Source of the DNA: Oligoflexia bacterium
Lineage (GTDB): Bacteria; Bdellovibrionota; UBA1018
Reading direction: 5' to 3'
Length of the DNA stretch: 44,522 nucleotides
Assembly (NCBI GenBank): GCA_043732485.1
Contig: JAYTHP010000027.1
Span: 1 to 44,522, forward strand
Below the pieces are notes generated by a model. The model searched no databases and had not been told where the DNA came from. It saw nothing but the letters and a program-made list of their open reading frames with translations. A program made the position numbers and the translations under genes. Shown here piece after piece: positions 1-9,205 of the stretch; the stretch's first letter is position 1; each line of letters begins with the position of its first letter.

Positions 1-2
1 AT

Positions 3-674
3 CGCTTAGATGAGGTTGCCGAGGGCAAGGCTGAGTGGAGGAAGCTTCTAAGGGACTTTTGGACGCCGTTTGAAAAAAATCTCGTCCTTGCCCAACAACA
101 GATGAAAAACGTCAAGCAGCAGGCAGTGGCCACTTCGCTGTTATGCGACCAATGCCAGCACTTTTTTGTCATTAAGTGGGGCAAACTGGGGTCCTTTTTA
201 GCCTGCTCGGATTATCCGCTATGCAAGAACACCCAAGATTATACGAAAGATGAGCAAGGCGCTTTATGCATTTTGCCAAAAATTTTCACCACAAAGACCT
301 GCAAAAAGTGCCAAAAACCAATGCTCGTCAAAGGCGGTAAGTTTGGCAAATTTTTAGCCTGCAGCGATTATCCCGATTGCAAATCCACCCAAGCCATCAC
401 GCTAGGCATTGCCTGTCCGTTATGCCCAGAAGGCGAAATCGCCCAAAAAAGATCAAGATTTAACCGCATTTTTTACAGCTGTGACCAGTGGCCTGCGTGT
501 CATTTTGCGCTTTGGGATAAACCCATTGGGAAGCCTTGCCCCCAATGCCATTTCAGTGTGTTGACAGAAAAAGTCACAAAGAAATCAGGCTTAATGCATC
601 AATGCTCGCGAAAAGAATGCGGATACCGGGAAATCATCGATCCCACCTTTGGGCAAGAAAAATCCATCTCTTAA
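3..674 (+). CDS. topA: DNA topoisomerase I, C-terminal part (gene begins before the window)
   Basis: Frame is open from nt 3 (RLDEVAEGKAEWRKLLRDFWTPFE), followed by repeated zinc ribbons (GKFGKFLACSDYPDC, FYSCDQWPAC, CPQC). Confidence 0.95.
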   Translation, partial: RLDEVAEGKAEWRKLLRDFWTPFEKNLVLAQQQMKNVKQQAVATSLLCDQCQHFFVIKWGKLGSFLACSDYPLCKNTQDYTKDEQGALCILPKIFTTKTCKKCQKPMLVKGGKFGKFLACSDYPDCKSTQAITLGIACPLCPEGEIAQKRSRFNRIFYSCDQWPACHFALWDKPIGKPCPQCHFSVLTEKVTKKSGLMHQCSRKECGYREIIDPTFGQEKSIS

Positions 675-727
675 TTCTCTAATTATATTATTGTTTCAAG
701 CATAAAAAAAGAGGATACTAGCATCTT

Positions 728-2305
728 ATGCTCTACCACTTTTTTTATGCTCTGACCTTTTGCCTAGCCATCTTGACGGGGACGATCACCCCCCCCCCTT
801 CGGCTGCCGCAAGCACTTTTCCGCTATCCACCCAAGTTTTGCCGCTCACAGACTTGTCAACCCCCAAGTGTGACGGTCAAGATCCGCTTGATTCGCTTAG
901 CGCGCCTGAGCGAGTGGCCTGGGAGTGCTATTGTCGCTTTGCCCAGGAATTGTATCACTCCTTATATTCAGATTATAAAAGTTTTGCGCTTTTTCATGAA
1001 CGCTATCACTTGGATATTTTGAAGGCCTTAAAGGACATCGAGCAGCATTACCCCTCCTGGAAGGCCACGGCGCAAGCAAACCGCACCCCTCCCAAAAAAC
1101 TCACGGCTATTTCGCCGATTCCGACTTCGCAAGCGCAGGTAGGCAAACCGACGCTTTGGATGAAAACTGACGGCACCTTGCTGGCGCTCAACCTCGAGAC
1201 ACCGCTTGGAGTAGGAAGCTCCCACACCGTTTACCGGGTGCTGGCGCTGCGCATTCAGCCTGATGTGACTGATCCGGAGAAAAGTTGGCTGGAAACACAA
1301 GCACAGGTCTTGCACCTTTTTAATTCCTGGGAAGGGGTTACACACAAGGAGCGAGAGGAAGCGGAATCCACTGAAACGGAAATTTATCAGCTGATTGAGC
1401 AACTGTATCAAACGCTACCGGCAGAGGAGCAGGCCCATTTTAAGCTCGCGCGCGCAGAGCAGCTCACCACCCCACAAGGGCAGCTTGGGTTTTTACAAGA
1501 ACGCTATGCCGGCACTCTGCTTATGCTCCTCAAACAGGAAACAAGCGCAAAACAAGAACTCGGGGCGCTGAACCTGCTCGAGGATATTGCCCAAGGTTTA
1601 CAAAGCTTTCATCAAATCGGCTGGGTGCACGGCGATCTTAAAAGAGACAATATCCTCCTCAACCTCAACCCGCTCCAAGCCATCCTTTCTGATTACTCGA
1701 TTGCCTTTGATCCTTTGCAAAGCGTCCAGCCGCGCTCGACTGCAGAATGTGAAAGCCCAGAAATGGCCCCCCCTCGCGCCCTGCCCCGTTATGGTGCCAC
1801 CGCAGCCGAGCGGATCAATTTTTATCAAAAACGCGACCTTTATGCCTTTGGTCTACTCTCGCTCAAGTTCCTGCCGGGCTTTGGGCAGGCAAGCCCCTGG
1901 GATCGCTGCAAAAACAACTGGGATTACAAGCGCGGCTATAGCGCCTGGGGCTCGTTTGGGAGGTGCCTGAAGGAACAAGCGGTAATCGTGTTTCAGGAAC
2001 TCACGGCAAACACCGAAGCCCTTTGTGCCACACCCGGACCATTAAGTGATCTTTTTACTCAAGTACCAGCTTCCCCCCGCTGTCTTCTTTACCAGGCCAT
2101 TACAAGCTGCATGAATCCTGACCCCCTGGAACGCCCCAGTGCGGCGCAGCTCACAACAGCGCTGCGCACCATCCGAGCCACTGAGCGGTCAGAGACGGAG
2201 AGAGTGACAAAGAACGTGACGGCAACGAAAAACGAGACCGCAGGGGCGCAAGCCACCACGAACCCGGGCGAGCCAACACCCCCGACGAGCCCCGCACCTT
2301 CGTGA
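728..2305 (+). CDS. Ser/Thr (Hanks-type) protein kinase-like protein with N-terminal signal peptide
   Basis: Hydrophobic N-terminus; G-loop LGVGSSHTVY; catalytic loop HGDLKRDNILL; DYS at the DFG position; SPE; DLYAFG; DPLERPSA. Confidence 0.85.
   Translation: MLYHFFYALTFCLAILTGTITPPPSAAASTFPLSTQVLPLTDLSTPKCDGQDPLDSLSAPERVAWECYCRFAQELYHSLYSDYKSFALFHERYHLDILKALKDIEQHYPSWKATAQANRTPPKKLTAISPIPTSQAQVGKPTLWMKTDGTLLALNLETPLGVGSSHTVYRVLALRIQPDVTDPEKSWLETQAQVLHLFNSWEGVTHKEREEAESTETEIYQLIEQLYQTLPAEEQAHFKLARAEQLTTPQGQLGFLQERYAGTLLMLLKQETSAKQELGALNLLEDIAQGLQSFHQIGWVHGDLKRDNILLNLNPLQAILSDYSIAFDPLQSVQPRSTAECESPEMAPPRALPRYGATAAERINFYQKRDLYAFGLLSLKFLPGFGQASPWDRCKNNWDYKRGYSAWGSFGRCLKEQAVIVFQELTANTEALCATPGPLSDLFTQVPASPRCLLYQAITSCMNPDPLERPSAAQLTTALRTIRATERSETERVTKNVTATKNETAGAQATTNPGEPTPPTSPAPS
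789..798 (+). repeat. C10 homopolymer in the 5' coding region of the kinase gene
   Basis: ACC CCC CCC CCT (TPPP), seen directly. Confidence 0.9.
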
Positions 2306-2405
2306 GTCACGCAAAATCGGAAAAAAAATAGGCTTGCATTCTCAAGTTTGAAAGATGTAACTTTGGGGATGCTCTTTCTTTTCGCCTTTCGACGCCTCCG
2401 AGTCT

Positions 2406-2471
2406 GAGCCTTATCCGAGCATTATTTGAGCATTATTTGAGCATTATCGGAGCTTCATCTGAGCTTCAAAA
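2406..2471 (+). repeat. Six degenerate 11-bp tandem repeats (GAGCaTtATyy) upstream of gdhA
   Basis: GAGCCTTATCC GAGCATTATTT GAGCATTATTT GAGCATTATCG GAGCTTCATCT GAGCTTCAAAA. Confidence 0.9.
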
Positions 2472-2481
2472 GGAAACCCTC

Positions 2482-3840
2482 ATGCCCTCATCGTCAGCTC
2501 CCTTAGCCCCCTTGCTTGCCGCTTCGTCCTCTCCGGCCTCAGCCGCCCCTTCCGCAGCCCATCATCTCTTTTACAGCAGCGAACTTGCCACCAACGCTTT
2601 GATGCAATTAGAGCAAGCGGCAGCCGCCATGAAGCTGCCTGACTGGATCCTCGAGCGCCTGAAACTGCCGCACCGGGCGCTGATCGTCAGTGTGCCGGTT
2701 CATTTAGATAACGGCGAGGTGCGGGTCTTTGAAGGCTACCGCGTGCAACACAATCTCACGCTTGGGCCGGGAAAAGGGGGTGTCAGATTTCATCCCGAAG
2801 TTAATCTCTCAGAAGTGACCGGGCTTGCGATGCTCATGACCTTTAAGTGCTCGCTCTCTGGGCTGCCGCTAGGAGGCGCCAAAGGTGGTATCCGCATCAA
2901 CCCAGCGCTTTTTTCACCCAGTGAACTCGAGCGGCTGACCCGCAGCTATACCCATCAAATTGGGCTGATCCTCGGACCGCATCTCGATATCCCGGCGCCT
3001 GACGTCGGCACTGACGCACAAACGATGGCCTGGATGATGGACACCTTTTCTGAGGAGCGTGGGCAAGGGACGATCAAGGGCGTGGTCACCGGCAAGCCTG
3101 TGGTCTTAGGGGGATCGCTCGGCCGGGCAGAAAGCACCGGCCGTGGCGTAGTCTATGCCATCCAGCATGTGGCTAGGTACCTGCAACAAACTGGTAAAGC
3201 CGGTCCAAAAATGGATGAATCCACCACGGTGGCGGTCCAGGGCTTTGGCAAAGTGGGTTTAGTGGCAGCCCAGGAAATGCATCATTTAAAGACCAAAATT
3301 ATCGCCGTCAGTGACGTCAACGGAGGGTTACTCAATCACAAGGGATTGAACATCCCGCAAGTCAACGACTATTTTCAAAAACATCAGACCCTCAAGGGTT
3401 ATACGGAAGCCGACTGGATTTCCAATCAAGACTTACTAACGATCCCGGTGGATATCTTGATCCCCGCGGCCATTGACGGCGTGATTACCCACGACAACGT
3501 TGAACGGGTGCAAGCCAAGATTATCGCCGAAGCGGCCAATGGACCCATCACCCACGAGGCCTTGCAAAGCCTCGAGGAGCGGGGGGTTTTTATCATTCCT
3601 GACGTTTTGTGCAACGCGGGCGGGGTGGTGGTCTCTTATTTTGAATGGGTGCAAAGTCTACAAAACTTCTTTTGGAGCGAACAAGAAGTCAATACCCGCC
3701 TTGCGGAAGTCATGGAGAAGGCTTTCTTTCAAGTCATGGCAATTCAAGCCCAGTATGGCTGTGGCACCAAAACGGCTGCGATGATTTCTGGCGTGGACCG
3801 CATTCAGCAGGCGTTAAAGCTGCGAGGCAGCAGTTATTAG
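2482..3840 (+). CDS. gdhA: Glu/Leu/Phe/Val dehydrogenase, most likely glutamate dehydrogenase
   Basis: FEGYRVQHN, GPGKGGVRFHP, GGAKGG, DIPAPDVGT, VQGFGKVG, NAGGVVVSYFEWVQ. ATG 2482 is preceded by AAGGA. Confidence 0.95.
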   Translation: MPSSSAPLAPLLAASSSPASAAPSAAHHLFYSSELATNALMQLEQAAAAMKLPDWILERLKLPHRALIVSVPVHLDNGEVRVFEGYRVQHNLTLGPGKGGVRFHPEVNLSEVTGLAMLMTFKCSLSGLPLGGAKGGIRINPALFSPSELERLTRSYTHQIGLILGPHLDIPAPDVGTDAQTMAWMMDTFSEERGQGTIKGVVTGKPVVLGGSLGRAESTGRGVVYAIQHVARYLQQTGKAGPKMDESTTVAVQGFGKVGLVAAQEMHHLKTKIIAVSDVNGGLLNHKGLNIPQVNDYFQKHQTLKGYTEADWISNQDLLTIPVDILIPAAIDGVITHDNVERVQAKIIAEAANGPITHEALQSLEERGVFIIPDVLCNAGGVVVSYFEWVQSLQNFFWSEQEVNTRLAEVMEKAFFQVMAIQAQYGCGTKTAAMISGVDRIQQALKLRGSSY

Positions 3841-3871
3841 GGCATTCTCTCCCCTGACACTCCTCCGCAAC

Positions 3872-5209
3872 TTGCTTGAGGCAGCAAGCCGCGGGATCGC
3901 CTGGTCGAGTGGCCTTGCGCTTTTGCTGGTTCCGACCCACGCGTGGGGTTGGTACGGTCATCAAAACTTGATGCCCTGGATCCTGCAAGCCCGCCAATCC
4001 CCACCGCAATCGCCCTCACCCGTTGAGCCAGCCATCCTTAAGCAGCCAAAAGTCACAAGCCCCGCCGTTAGCTTCTTTGACCAGCAATTTCTGGTGCTAA
4101 TTGCCTCACCTCTTGCACTCACCAGTCAATTCGTGGCCATGGCCGATCGCTTGGATCTCAACCCCGCAGGGAAGCTTGCGGCTCAGACTTTTCTTGCCCG
4201 TCATTACCCGTCTAGCCACCCGTCTGATTCAGACTCCACCACCCGCTCATTTTCCATCAACGAAATCCTGCAACTCGGGGTGATTGATGACCCTGATGGT
4301 GGGATGGACAGTCATTTACCGAGCAGCGGGCCTGACCATCCCGTGGGCAATCGCTTCGACCCGCTGGGTGAGCGGGAAATTCTTGGCGGGGCGCAGGGGA
4401 TGAGCAGTCAAAGCTTTCGCCACCTGTTTTACCGCGGCTGGAGCTGGCGTGCGCCGTTGCAAAGCCTGCAATACCCGGCGCGTCCGCTTGGGCAAGCAAA
4501 AACACGCTACCAGCGACTGTTCCAGCAAAGCCAGCAATTACTCAGTGAGGGCGATTTCTTTTGGGCAAGCGTAACCTTAGGTTGGAGCCTGCATTATCTC
4601 CAAGACCTCACCCAACCCTTTCACACCGCCCAGCTTCCCTCACTGGCGCTAATTCCCTGGCCCCAGTGGCAAGCAAGCCCGTTTTTTCAAACGCTGCTTG
4701 ACGACACCACACGCGTAACGACCAACTATCACTGGGCCTATGAAGACTACGTTAGGTACCGACTCGAACACCTCTTGCCCTCAGCTACGGCTACCCCTCA
4801 TCCCTCCGCGGGCGATTTACTGCCGCTTGAGCAGTGTCTCGTGCACCCTGAGGACTTCACGCCCTTGCGTTTCCAACCTACGCCAGCTGGACTGGACGCG
4901 GTGCTAGACCGGGTGCTAGAGCAATCGCAAAACCTGGCGCCACCGCTCGGCCGGGCCCTGTTAGCTTTTTTTGGTCCCCAAATGAAAGCAGTGGGCGTTG
5001 ATTTTACGAAAAACACCCAGATGATCGGGTTTGCAGCCCTAGCGCTAGATCCCAGCAAACAGCAAGCTCGCAGGGACGTAGAGCAGTTGACTTGCCAGGC
5101 GCTCGCCAATGCTGCGATTGCGAGCCACTGGACTTTGGATCGCTTGCGAAGCCTAACACCGTCACCGACACCGTCACCACCCAATCCCACCCCCCGACTG
5201 GGACCTTAA
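3872..5209 (+). CDS. Secreted zinc-dependent phospholipase C / S1-P1 nuclease superfamily protein
   Basis: Signal peptide ending THA then WGWYGH (mature N-terminal Trp and His Zn ligands), LHYLQDLTQPFH, NYHWAYE. Start codon uncertain. Confidence 0.8.
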   Translation: MLEAASRGIAWSSGLALLLVPTHAWGWYGHQNLMPWILQARQSPPQSPSPVEPAILKQPKVTSPAVSFFDQQFLVLIASPLALTSQFVAMADRLDLNPAGKLAAQTFLARHYPSSHPSDSDSTTRSFSINEILQLGVIDDPDGGMDSHLPSSGPDHPVGNRFDPLGEREILGGAQGMSSQSFRHLFYRGWSWRAPLQSLQYPARPLGQAKTRYQRLFQQSQQLLSEGDFFWASVTLGWSLHYLQDLTQPFHTAQLPSLALIPWPQWQASPFFQTLLDDTTRVTTNYHWAYEDYVRYRLEHLLPSATATPHPSAGDLLPLEQCLVHPEDFTPLRFQPTPAGLDAVLDRVLEQSQNLAPPLGRALLAFFGPQMKAVGVDFTKNTQMIGFAALALDPSKQQARRDVEQLTCQALANAAIASHWTLDRLRSLTPSPTPSPPNPTPRLGP

Positions 5210-5276
5210 ACGCGCACTGCCGACGCCACCGCCACCCCCTCAAAACAAAGTGCTGTTTGCGCAACCCCAAGACACG

Positions 5277-6743
5277 TCACTCGCGCTTCAAGCCTAATTC
5301 CTTCATCTTCAGCTGTAAGCCTTTACGCGACAGACCCAAACGCTCTGAGGTTTTCGTGACATTACCGCCTAACTCCAGCAAGGCTTTTTCAATTAAATCA
5401 CGCTCCAACGCAGCCGTCTGCCTGCGCACGATTTGCTTCAGGCTTGCGGCCGGCTGAAGTGCGGTTGCCGCCTGCGACATCGGCAAAAGTGCGGCAAACT
5501 CTTCTGGCAGATCGTCAGCCGTCAGCACCGTGCCTTCCGCCATCAGCATCATACGCTCAAGCACGTTCTCAAGCTGTCTGATGTTGCCTGGCCAATGGTG
5601 CCCGCGCAAGGCCGTGAGCGTTTCTGGCGTGATGCCGGTGATGCTTTTCGTCAGCTTTTGATTAAATTGTTGCAGAAAGTACTTAATTAACAGATCAATA
5701 TCTTCTTTGCGGGCCCGTAGCGGCGGCAAATGAATCGGCACGACGTTCAGGCGATAAAACAGATCCTCGCGAAAGCGTCCCCCTTTGACTTCCGCTTCTA
5801 AATCCTTATTAGTGGCTGCAATAATCCGCACGTCGACTTGAATCGAGCTCACTCCTCCCACCCGCTCAAACTCCTGTTCTTGTAAGATGCGCAACAACTT
5901 GGCCTGCATTTCAAGGGGCATCTCAGCCACCTCGTCTAAAAAAAGCGTGCCCTCGTGCGCTAATTCAAACTTGCCAGGCTTAGAAGCCACGGCGCCGGTG
6001 AAGGCGCCCTTTTCAAAGCCAAACAACTCCGACTCAATCAGGGTGGCAGGGATGGCAGCGCAATTGATTTTGACAAAAGGCTTTTGGTCGCGGTGCGATT
6101 GCCGATGAATCTCAAACGCCACCAGCTCCTTGCCCGTGCCACTTTCTCCCCAGACCAAGACGGTGGAGGGGGATTGGGCGATTTTACCAATAATCTTGTA
6201 AATTTCTTGAATCGAAGGACTCGTGCCAATCATCGAAGCAATGGCAGACGCCACCGAGGAAGTGATAGCCGCAGCCGGTGCCAATCCTCCTACCCCTGAC
6301 ACCAAGGGCGACGCTGAAGCGCCGGCTGACGCTAGAGTCGGAAAAAAAATAATCGGCTCTTTTTGCCGCTGCTTTAAGGTCGCAACCGCTTTCTCGACGA
6401 CACTTAAAAGCTCGGATTGATCAAACGGCTTGGTGATAAAATCAAAGGCCCCTTTTTTTAAGGCATTCACCGCCGACTCCACCGTGGCATAAGCCGTCAT
6501 GATCACCACCGGCAGCTGTTGAAGATGATGATGCTTCTGACAGTACTCAAGAATCTCCATCCCCCCTAAACCGGGCATATAAAGATCGGTGATCACAGTA
6601 TCCACTTCTTCGCTCTCTAGAACCTGCATGGCTTCTAAGGGATCATTAAAGACCAGGACCTCAAAACCTGCTCGCTCTAGCACTGCGTGAATCACGAAAG
6701 TGATATTTTTTTCATCATCAACGACTAAAATTCTTCCTAACAT
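5277..6743 (-). CDS. Sigma-54-dependent response regulator (NtrC/AtoC family; REC-AAA+-HTH)
   Basis: ILVVDDE, ITDLYMPG, GESGTGKE, GAFTGA, LFLDEV, WPGNIRQLEN, C-terminal Fis-type HTH. Confidence 0.95.
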   Translation of the reverse strand: MLGRILVVDDEKNITFVIHAVLERAGFEVLVFNDPLEAMQVLESEEVDTVITDLYMPGLGGMEILEYCQKHHHLQQLPVVIMTAYATVESAVNALKKGAFDFITKPFDQSELLSVVEKAVATLKQRQKEPIIFFPTLASAGASASPLVSGVGGLAPAAAITSSVASAIASMIGTSPSIQEIYKIIGKIAQSPSTVLVWGESGTGKELVAFEIHRQSHRDQKPFVKINCAAIPATLIESELFGFEKGAFTGAVASKPGKFELAHEGTLFLDEVAEMPLEMQAKLLRILQEQEFERVGGVSSIQVDVRIIAATNKDLEAEVKGGRFREDLFYRLNVVPIHLPPLRARKEDIDLLIKYFLQQFNQKLTKSITGITPETLTALRGHHWPGNIRQLENVLERMMLMAEGTVLTADDLPEEFAALLPMSQAATALQPAASLKQIVRRQTAALERDLIEKALLELGGNVTKTSERLGLSRKGLQLKMKELGLKRE

Positions 6744-6747
6744 TCTC

Positions 6748-8958
6748 TCACCTACTGCCTTCTTGCATACGAGGTAAGATCACCGCAAAGCGCGAGAATG
6801 AATTTTCTTCACTCACCACCTCGATCCGTCCACGGTGCGCTTCCACAATTTTTTGGCAAATCGAAAGCCCCAAGCCAGTGCCCTGCGGTGAGGTGGTAAA
6901 AAAGGGGATAAACAGCTTATCCAAGTGCTCTTTTTTAATCCCCACCCCGGTATCTTCAATAATCAGGGCCACCTCATCGACCTTAGCATCCAGCGCCAAC
7001 ACCCCTTGCATGCGATGCGGCAGCGAGTCGCCTTCTTGTTCGATCGTCACCCATATTTTTCCTCCTTCGGGTTTTTGTAGCAGGGCTTTTTGCGCATTAT
7101 GGATCAGGTTAATCAAAACCTGCTGCAATTGCTCGGCCATCCCCTCGACCCAGACCTTATCGCGCGGCGCCACAAAGGCCAAGCTGACCTGGGTTGCCAT
7201 AGCCGGTTGCATGAACTGAACGGTTTTGGCTGCTAAATCTACCAAATCGAGCTTTTGCCAGTTAAAAAAGGTGGTTTTTGAGTAATCAAGAAAATCAGAC
7301 ACCACCCGATTTAAACGGCCCACTTCCTCAATGATGATTTGCAAAAACCGACTCTCCGGCCGCTCAATGCTTGGATCCAGAAACTGGGCCGCCCCTAGAA
7401 TCGCCCCAAGCGGGTTGCGAATCTCATGCGCCAGTCCAGCTGCCATCTCACCTAGGGCCGCTAAGCGATCTTTTTCGCGACTCCGGGCATACACCTCCAT
7501 GTTGCGCAGCGAATCAGCCGCCTGCTGAAAGTAAGGATAGACAATCGGTAGCAAACCCCAGTTATTACCCCATGGCTCAGGCGGGTGATCCACCGCAAGA
7601 ATCAAAAAGCCTAAGATCCTGCCTGCATCAAGCAGCGGGATCAATAGGTTACCGCCCAGCGCCTTGAGTCCGGCTAGTAGGATCGCCAGATTCTCGCGCT
7701 GGGTTTTGCTGGCCGAGCGGTCAATCTCGTTTTCCAGCAATTGATCCAGCACGACTGGAAACTTCCCCTGCTTGGAGAGATATTCACAATGCCTGAGAAT
7801 GGGACTATGAACCAGTACTTCTTGCAACTTACTCCGCCCCACCCCCACCGACGACAATGACGACGACGCGCCACCACTGGTTACCCCTGCGCCTGCTGCT
7901 GCGGTTTCCGCTTGCTTCTCGCCGCCGCCCACCGTACGCACCCGCCTGAGGCGGATGCCATCGGCTCTGATCACAAAGAGCGCCGCCCAGGTAGGATGCA
8001 ACGTCTGCTCGGTGAGCTGCAAGACGGCTTGAAACAGGGCCGCTTTTTCCACCACCCCCGTCAGCTGCCCTTGCGCCTCACGCACCAGCGCTTGTAACTT
8101 ACGATGCTTTTGGGTTAAAAGCCGCTGGGTAAAGTAACTCACCAGCGCCCTCAGGGGGTCCAGCAGCATCAGGATCAGAAAGGAGGCAATAAAGGAGTTC
8201 AGAAAAAACAGTCCCGGGCTATTTTCAATCCAGGCGACTAAAAAGGAATAGACCAGCGTCAGGGTCAACGCCACCGTCAAGAGCACGAGCAGCCTGGAGA
8301 GCAAGGCACCTAAATTGAGCAGGCGCTGCTGGGTGATGGCCTGGCTTAAAAAAAAGAGATAAACGCACAGCGCCAGATTACCCAAGGCTGGCACAAAATG
8401 CCCCAACCACTCGACGTGATCCATCATCGAGGTGGCCAGCACGACTAAGGCCCCGGCATAAATGAGATTTTTGCGCTTTAATCCCACCGTCGGCAGTTTT
8501 TGCAGTAAAATCCGCCCCCGGCGCGCCTGAAAATCAATCCACATCAGGTGTAACGTCTGGAAGACAATCACCACCGGCGCAAAGTAAATCCACTGTAAAA
8601 CCCAAAAAGGCTGGGCTTGCGGCTTGAAAGCCAGCACCCCGGACAGCAAAGCGCTGCCACAAATCGCCAGGTACAAAAGTCTGAGGCTGCGGCGATCGCG
8701 CATCCGCACCATCACCCGCACAAAAAACAAGCCTGCAGGCCCCAGCCAGAGATTAAACAATAGGTGCCAGGCGTAACAACCGCGCTCGGGCCAGACTTGG
8801 TGCAAGAAAAATGCTAGTGACCAGCCTGAGATCAAAAGCGTGAGTGTGGCAAACGCCAAAAATAAGATGTTCCGCACGTCGCGCGCTAAAACCGAGAGTC
8901 CCAGGGCAAAGCTTGTGACTCCCAGCATTAAGGCTGACTGACCTAAGATATCAATCAT
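6748..8958 (-). CDS. Multi-pass membrane sensor histidine kinase (TM region, GAF-like, HisKA, HATPase)
   Basis: Many hydrophobic helices; H-box LAHEIRNPL; N-box QVLINLIHNA; DTGVGI; FFTT; GTGLGL. Lies 4 bp upstream of the response regulator. Confidence 0.95.
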   Translation of the reverse strand: MIDILGQSALMLGVTSFALGLSVLARDVRNILFLAFATLTLLISGWSLAFFLHQVWPERGCYAWHLLFNLWLGPAGLFFVRVMVRMRDRRSLRLLYLAICGSALLSGVLAFKPQAQPFWVLQWIYFAPVVIVFQTLHLMWIDFQARRGRILLQKLPTVGLKRKNLIYAGALVVLATSMMDHVEWLGHFVPALGNLALCVYLFFLSQAITQQRLLNLGALLSRLLVLLTVALTLTLVYSFLVAWIENSPGLFFLNSFIASFLILMLLDPLRALVSYFTQRLLTQKHRKLQALVREAQGQLTGVVEKAALFQAVLQLTEQTLHPTWAALFVIRADGIRLRRVRTVGGGEKQAETAAAGAGVTSGGASSSLSSVGVGRSKLQEVLVHSPILRHCEYLSKQGKFPVVLDQLLENEIDRSASKTQRENLAILLAGLKALGGNLLIPLLDAGRILGFLILAVDHPPEPWGNNWGLLPIVYPYFQQAADSLRNMEVYARSREKDRLAALGEMAAGLAHEIRNPLGAILGAAQFLDPSIERPESRFLQIIIEEVGRLNRVVSDFLDYSKTTFFNWQKLDLVDLAAKTVQFMQPAMATQVSLAFVAPRDKVWVEGMAEQLQQVLINLIHNAQKALLQKPEGGKIWVTIEQEGDSLPHRMQGVLALDAKVDEVALIIEDTGVGIKKEHLDKLFIPFFTTSPQGTGLGLSICQKIVEAHRGRIEVVSEENSFSRFAVILPRMQEGSR

Positions 8959-9205
8959 AAATGTTTTTTACGCCCGACGACCGCGACGCTCTCCTCTCCT
9001 CTCGTACCTAGGAAGCTCAATGAAGCTCTTCAATGAAGCTCTGAAAAAACGGCGGGGCTGTTTTTAGGCTAAGCCCGAGTCCCCTACACGCCTTGCATGA
9101 ACCGACAAACAACGCTCACTTTTGCGGTTGAGCAGCGCAACCGAACCCGCCACCGCCCCTAAAAAAAGGGTTCATTTTCAATCAGCAAGCGCCGATATAC
9201 TATTT

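Noticed and set aside
2406..2471. Repeat array as a CRISPR
   Set aside because: Units are 11 bp, abutting, with no spacers, and there are no cas genes in the window.
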